From Candidatus Ryanbacteria bacterium (GTDB taxonomy: Bacteria; Patescibacteriota; Minisyncoccia; Ryanbacterales; GWA2-47-10b): a DNA stretch of 47,324 nt. Positions 42,628-47,324 of the stretch are shown piece after piece (the first letter of the stretch is position 1; each line of letters starts with the position of its first letter). The stretch is taken from the NCBI GenBank assembly GCA_009691385.1, contig SICQ01000002.1, positions 1 to 47,324 on the forward strand. The letters run 5' to 3'. The notes under the pieces are model-generated. The model was given only the letters and a program-made list of their open reading frames with translations, was not told the DNA's origin and did not search any database. A program made the translations under genes and the position numbers.

Positions 42628-43977
42628 TCAGAACTCGTAGACCTCACCAAGGCGTGGAGCGTGCGATTGCAGACCCAAATAGTCACGAATGCGCTGTGAA
42701 AGAAAAAGCGCCGCTGATGGTTCGCCCTGCACCACAAAAACTTTTTCAAGCGTGTCTACATTTTGCTGTACAAATTCAAGAAGCATATTGGTATCGGCAT
42801 GCGCGGAATACCCATGGATAGAACGAACCTCGGCATTCACCGAAACTTTTTCACCCATGATGGTGACTTGTCGCTCACCGTCCATAATGCGCCGGCCAAC
42901 GGATCCAGCACCCTGATACCCAATAAACAAAATAATACTATTTTTATCGTGGAGATGTCGTTTTGCGTGATGTAAAATCCTCCCACCCGTCATCATGCCC
43001 GCACCCGCCAAAATCACCTTGGGACCCTGCACATCATTGATCGCTTTTGATTCGTCAGTGGTAAGTGTCCGATGAAGCCCGGGGAATTGAAAAAGATCAT
43101 CTCCCGCCTTGATGAGCGCTTTGGCGTCAGGACCAAAATAGCTCGTATGCTTGCGGTACACATCAGTCGCGCGAATAGCCAAAGGACTGTCAAGAAACAC
43201 GGGAATGCGTGGCACGCGTCCGTGCTCCATCAGATCATTGAACTCAAAGAGAAGCTCTTGGGTGCGTTCGAGCGCGAACGCAGGTATCATCAGTGTGCCG
43301 CCGCGCTTTGCGATATCTTCAATAGCTCGCTCAAGTTTTATCTTGCGCTCACTGTTATCTTCATGCACACGATCGCCGTACGCGGATTCGATGATCATCA
43401 TATTGACCCCTACGATTGATTCGGGTGGATTGAGGAGTGGCATGGGCTTGTTGCCGAGGTCTCCCGTAAACAATATCTTTTTATCACCAATCTCAAAGAG
43501 CACCATGAGTGACCCTAAGATATGCCCCGCTTCGTAAAAAGTCACACCAATGTCGCCCACCATAAAACGCTGATGATACGGCACGGCCTCCCAAAGCTTG
43601 AGCGCGCCCTCCACATCTTCCATGGCGTAGATTGCCTGCTCGCCGTTGCGTGACGCTTCTTTCTCGAGCACGCCGAGACTATCTTCGAGCATGAGTTTAC
43701 CAAAATCTTTTGTAGGTGGGGTTGAGAAAATTTTACCCTTGAATCCATATTTAATAAGTTTTGGGATGCGCCCCGTATGGTCGATATGCGCATGAGTTAC
43801 AAAAAGCGCGTCGATAGTCGCCGGATCGTAGGGAAATTCGTTTGCGTTGCGAGCGGCGCAAAAGCGCGGACATTGAAACATACCACAGTCAACGAGCACG
43901 CGCGCCTTTTCAGTTTCAATAAGATAGTTCGCTCCCGTGACCTCTTGAGCTCCTCCACAAAAAGTAATTTTAAACAT
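42628..43977 (-). CDS. MBL-fold beta-CASP ribonuclease (CPSF73/RNase J-related)
   Basis: 449 aa. HxHxDH (THAHIDHTG), GHILGS, ESAYGDR, beta-CASP motifs, terminal H (GYSAHAD). Confidence 0.85.
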   Translation of the reverse strand: MFKITFCGGAQEVTGANYLIETEKARVLVDCGMFQCPRFCAARNANEFPYDPATIDALFVTHAHIDHTGRIPKLIKYGFKGKIFSTPPTKDFGKLMLEDSLGVLEKEASRNGEQAIYAMEDVEGALKLWEAVPYHQRFMVGDIGVTFYEAGHILGSLMVLFEIGDKKILFTGDLGNKPMPLLNPPESIVGVNMMIIESAYGDRVHEDNSERKIKLERAIEDIAKRGGTLMIPAFALERTQELLFEFNDLMEHGRVPRIPVFLDSPLAIRATDVYRKHTSYFGPDAKALIKAGDDLFQFPGLHRTLTTDESKAINDVQGPKVILAGAGMMTGGRILHHAKRHLHDKNSIILFIGYQGAGSVGRRIMDGERQVTIMGEKVSVNAEVRSIHGYSAHADTNMLLEFVQQNVDTLEKVFVVQGEPSAALFLSQRIRDYLGLQSHAPRLGEVYEF

Positions 43978-44365
43978 TACCTTTAGTATACCGATTCGCG
44001 AACACTGCGACTAGCATGGCGGCAATCACATCAAAAAAAAGATCCATGAGCGTATCGAGTATCCAGAGTGAATCGGCAAAACTCGCCTCCCCCACGCCAA
44101 AAAATGGCACATTGAACATATACTCGAGTACCTCCCAACCGATACCGATGAGAAACACAAAACTTATGATGGCAATCGGCCGCGCGCGTCTTCTCAATAC
44201 TAAAAATAGATACGCAACCCATGCGCCACCCATAAAATGCAGTATCCAATCAAGCCACCAAAATTGGTTGTACCAATCATACTTGGGCATGATGCTCACC
44301 GCGTGCAAGCCCAAAATCGCCACAAGCGAGAGTAGGAGTACGCTAAGGCGAGACGCCATGGTCAT
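43970..44365 (-). CDS. small polytopic membrane protein (VanZ-like, weak)
   Basis: 131 aa, 4 TM. 8-nt overlap with the downstream RNase gene. Confidence 0.5.
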   Translation of the reverse strand: MTMASRLSVLLLSLVAILGLHAVSIMPKYDWYNQFWWLDWILHFMGGAWVAYLFLVLRRRARPIAIISFVFLIGIGWEVLEYMFNVPFFGVGEASFADSLWILDTLMDLFFDVIAAMLVAVFANRYTKGNV

Positions 44366-44368
44366 GTG

Positions 44369-44959
44369 TTAAAAAGTAAGATCTTCTTCAGAACGCTTGT
44401 ACCCGTGAATTTCTGTAGGTGTGAACCAGAGAGCCATCTCGTGCGCTGCTTCTTCAGGCGTTTCTGACGCATGAACAAGATTGTGCACCGATCGTTTTTC
44501 GCGATTTGCTGACGCCGGAGAGTCTACCGAAAAATCACCGCGAATCGTACCCATCTCTGCGTTTGACGGCATGGTATTGCCGGCGATCTTGCGTACCATA
44601 TCGATGGCATGCACACCCTCGACAATCATCTTGACCACGGGGCCTGATGCCATAAAATCAAGCAGCCAACCGCGTACCATCGGGCCTATCTCTTCGGGTT
44701 TTTCGGTACCAAGCTCTTTGATCGGATCGTAACCGTATTTTTTATAGGTGTTGAGCGTCTTCTCGCCGATGCGATTTACCCATGCCGGATCTTTTGGATA
44801 ATGATTATCAAACTGATCGCGACCAGGGGCAGTCATTTGCATGGCAATAATCTTTAAATTGCGCTGTTCTAAGCGACGAACAATCTCGCCGGTAAGCCCG
44901 CGCTTTACGCCGTCAGGCTTTACGAGGAGAAATGTGCGCTCTTCTTTCGGATGTTTCAT
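44369..44959 (-). CDS. ndk: nucleoside-diphosphate kinase (long form with insertions)
   Basis: 196 aa. ERTFLLVKPDGV, GPVVKMIVEG, GTIRGDF, catalytic His context NLVHAS. Confidence 0.9.
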   Translation of the reverse strand: MKHPKEERTFLLVKPDGVKRGLTGEIVRRLEQRNLKIIAMQMTAPGRDQFDNHYPKDPAWVNRIGEKTLNTYKKYGYDPIKELGTEKPEEIGPMVRGWLLDFMASGPVVKMIVEGVHAIDMVRKIAGNTMPSNAEMGTIRGDFSVDSPASANREKRSVHNLVHASETPEEAAHEMALWFTPTEIHGYKRSEEDLTF

Positions 44960-45001
44960 AGATTCGTATATACTAATATAGTAAGCCCAAGCATAGCATA
45001 C

Positions 45002-46672
45002 ATGAGCACTTTTTCAAGACTTTTTATGAACGCCGCTGTAGTCACACTCTCCTTTGTTGTGGGTACTTTTTCTTATGCGCAGACAAGTGGCACTGAGCCT
45101 TTGTTGAATGTCCCGAGCGGCGAGCTCGCGGGGACTGTTCATATACAAGTACTGACCCTCGCGGCAATTCCTGGACCTATCGGTCTTTTTTTGGCACCAC
45201 CACAAATATTTCTCGGAGCATTGGTACGATCAACGAGCAACCCCCTCAAATGGGAATATGAATGGGACACAACACAAACTCCCAATGGCGCCTACCAGCT
45301 TATCGCACGGACCCAAACTGGCACCGAAGTATCACGGCCCGTTATCATACATAACGCTACGCAAAGCGGCACTGGATCTGATGCGACCACTCAACCGCCA
45401 CCTCCGCCGACAACCTCAGGCAATACTATACCGCCTCCACCAACAATCGCACTTCCACCACCGCCCCCGCCAACGACTTCGCAGCCTATTGTCGTCGAAC
45501 TCTCTCAAACGGGCGTCGTGCGTGAAGCGCTCTATATCACTCTTTCTGTAGAAAATGTGAATAATATAGAAATTTTTCTTGGCAAACTGTCCGAGAGCGA
45601 GGGTCGCCCTATTGGCAAAGCGGAGCGAACTCCTACAAATCCAAATCTTTGGCGATTTCGCCTCGATACTACAAAGTATGACAATGGTCTGTATAGCGTT
45701 GGCGCAAAGATACAATCAAATGGAAGTTCTTTTTGGACGAAAATTGACGAGATAACAATATTAAATGCAGTACCCCCCCCACCGCCAACACCATCAACCG
45801 TCATCGCTCCTCTATCACCAAAACCAATACTCAAACAACCCACGCATGAATCCACACTGCCCACAAAACAAGAACCGCCCGCACAGTATACTCAACCTCT
45901 CACCGAAACTGAAAAAGATGCTATCAAGCGCCGGATTCGTGATGATGTCAGTGCGATTACACAGACAACAGAAGCGATAGATAATCGTCCTCGAGAAAAT
46001 GCTGAGCTGCCGGATTCGGACGGCGACGGCATTACGGACTACGACGAGAAAAATATTTATAAAACAAACCCTGTACTCAAAGACTCCGATAAAGACGGTA
46101 TCAACGATAGTATCGAGCTTCTCTCAAACCAAGACCCAAACAACGCGACTGCGGCCACCATCACCTATCAAAGCCCAAAAGAAGCGGGTACCCCACGACC
46201 AGAGATTCTCGCGGTAGCTGATATCATACCTCTACTCATCACCGAACCTTCGGGCGCACAAACGGTTGATAAAATAACACTTACCGGAAAAGCCCCGCCC
46301 CACAGTCTTGTGACACTCTATATATTTAGCACGCCATTTGTCGTCACCGTACAGACAAACGCAGACGGCCAATGGGTCTATGTTTTTGATAAAGAATTGG
46401 CGGATGGCGAGCATGCTATCTACGCAACGATCACTGACAGTAAAGGATCGGTACTCGCAAAAAGCAATCCTCTGCCATTTATCAAAACAGCAAACGCCAT
46501 CACAAAGACTCCTTCGCTCGTCAAAACCACGGAGGTAAAGCCGAGTATCTACGGTAAACACCCGACATCATTTATCATCGCGCTTATCGCCTCTACTATC
46601 GGCATCGCTTTTATCGTGATCGGTCTTGTTGTGCGACGCAAACGCGCCGAAGCCGTGTTGCCACCCCAATGA
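45002..46672 (+). CDS. cell-surface protein: signal peptide, Ig-like modules, poly-Pro linkers, thrombospondin type-3-like Ca-binding repeats, C-terminal TM anchor
   Basis: ATG 45002 (MSTFSRLFMNAAVVTLSFVVGTFSYAQ), because the track start 44951 would overlap ndk. PPPPPTTSGNTIPPPP..., DSDGDGITDYDE and DSDKDGINDSIE, C-terminal FIIALIASTIGIAFIVIGLVVRRKR. Confidence 0.75.
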   Translation: MSTFSRLFMNAAVVTLSFVVGTFSYAQTSGTEPLLNVPSGELAGTVHIQVLTLAAIPGPIGLFLAPPQIFLGALVRSTSNPLKWEYEWDTTQTPNGAYQLIARTQTGTEVSRPVIIHNATQSGTGSDATTQPPPPPTTSGNTIPPPPTIALPPPPPPTTSQPIVVELSQTGVVREALYITLSVENVNNIEIFLGKLSESEGRPIGKAERTPTNPNLWRFRLDTTKYDNGLYSVGAKIQSNGSSFWTKIDEITILNAVPPPPPTPSTVIAPLSPKPILKQPTHESTLPTKQEPPAQYTQPLTETEKDAIKRRIRDDVSAITQTTEAIDNRPRENAELPDSDGDGITDYDEKNIYKTNPVLKDSDKDGINDSIELLSNQDPNNATAATITYQSPKEAGTPRPEILAVADIIPLLITEPSGAQTVDKITLTGKAPPHSLVTLYIFSTPFVVTVQTNADGQWVYVFDKELADGEHAIYATITDSKGSVLAKSNPLPFIKTANAITKTPSLVKTTEVKPSIYGKHPTSFIIALIASTIGIAFIVIGLVVRRKRAEAVLPPQ

Positions 46673-47324
46673 TCTCCACTCTGTCACGATTCATAACCCG
46701 CAGCGTAGCGTTTGTGCGCGACAATCCGCAGCTTGTCTATACGCTTTTTTTGGTCATCACGCTCCCACTCGCTTTTTTATGGACCGCGGAAAAATTTCTT
46801 GAAGTAAGCGCGCGCAACCAAGAGCGCCTTGAGGAAGACCGTATCGGCACGATGCATGATGTGTTTGTAGGTTTTGCCCGTGATCACATGAATGATCCGG
46901 CGTTTCTTGCCGTACGCATCGCCGAATTTGCCCGTCAAAACGAATCATTTGTAGAAATGCGCATCGTAGATTATCCCGATCACACCATCGTCGCGTCACG
47001 AGACAGCGAAGAACTTGGCTCGCCCGATAGCCAGTACGCTGACTATTACACGCTCGCAGGACCCGAGAGTGAGACGCTTGTATTTGAAAATGTAAAAAAT
47101 AATATCCGCTATCGCCCCGCCTTTCGAGCTATCGTCGATACGAACGGACAGATGCTCGGACATCTCATGACCAATACTTCTATGGAGCATATCGACGCCT
47201 TGTCCGCGCAAAACATCCGACGCGCCTACCTGCTCCTTATTGCTATCATTGTAGCGCTCGTAGTGTTACTCGCACGCCACGCGCGCATTATTGACTACAC
47301 CGTACTGTATCGTCGACTCAAAGA
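46669..47324 (+). CDS. membrane sensor-domain protein, N-terminal part (possibly a histidine kinase); runs off right edge
   Basis: ATGA overlap with the preceding gene. Open frame to the window end (hand-checked). TM1 (LVYTLFLVITLPLAFLW), about 150-aa extracytoplasmic region, then TM2 (AYLLLIAIIVALVVLLA). No kinase core inside the window. Confidence 0.5.
   Translation, partial: MISTLSRFITRSVAFVRDNPQLVYTLFLVITLPLAFLWTAEKFLEVSARNQERLEEDRIGTMHDVFVGFARDHMNDPAFLAVRIAEFARQNESFVEMRIVDYPDHTIVASRDSEELGSPDSQYADYYTLAGPESETLVFENVKNNIRYRPAFRAIVDTNGQMLGHLMTNTSMEHIDALSAQNIRRAYLLLIAIIVALVVLLARHARIIDYTVLYRRLK

Noticed and set aside
1-47324. Looked for CRISPR arrays, transposase/integrase genes, rRNA, additional tRNAs and known defence-system hallmarks (large ATPases, nucleases, RTs).
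   Set aside because: None seen. The only T-loop-like GGTTCGA(C/T)TCC motifs I found by eye belong to tRNA-Leu and tmRNA. No spaced direct-repeat arrays were found.

Overview
47.3-kb window that looks like a small-genome, Patescibacteria/CPR-like bacterium. That placement is an inference from gene content: dense, largely minus-strand operons of housekeeping genes with 4-nt start/stop overlaps, few biosynthetic genes, and large membrane-anchored beta-sandwich surface proteins. Standard code; TGA is used as stop. I call about 48 protein genes. They include five aminoacyl-tRNA synthetases (leuS, metG, glyQS, ileS, argS), dprA-topA-rel, parB, folD-glyA-tsaC, recO, smpB, infC-rpmI-rplT, a polX-Nudix-UDG repair cluster, ndk and a beta-CASP RNase. 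RNA genes are one tRNA-Leu(CAA) and one tmRNA (ssrA). I saw no rRNA, CRISPR array, transposase or integrase. Hunt results: (1) The roughly 40-48% GC backbone is interrupted by discrete GC-rich gene cassettes, locally up to 80% GC by hand count. Each has its own sigma70-like promoter, AGGAGG Shine-Dalgarno and long perfect hairpin terminator. The clearest is a 2.4-kb integrase-less islet inserted directly 3' of ssrA. It encodes a double winged-helix / zinc-knuckle / coiled-coil protein and three small unknown ORFs. (2) The isoleucyl-tRNA synthetase carries a ~190-aa insertion with all signature motifs of a histidine-phosphatase (PGAM-like) domain. (3) A GC-rich two-gene membrane/secreted-protein cassette with a promoter-proximal inverted repeat sits between core genes at 36.1-37.0 kb. 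(4) A 290-bp intergenic region at 40.0-40.3 kb carries an anti-SD-like C/U tract, hairpins and a possible 24-codon Cys-containing sORF. All family assignments are motif-level recognition from the translated ORFs; no database search was run.
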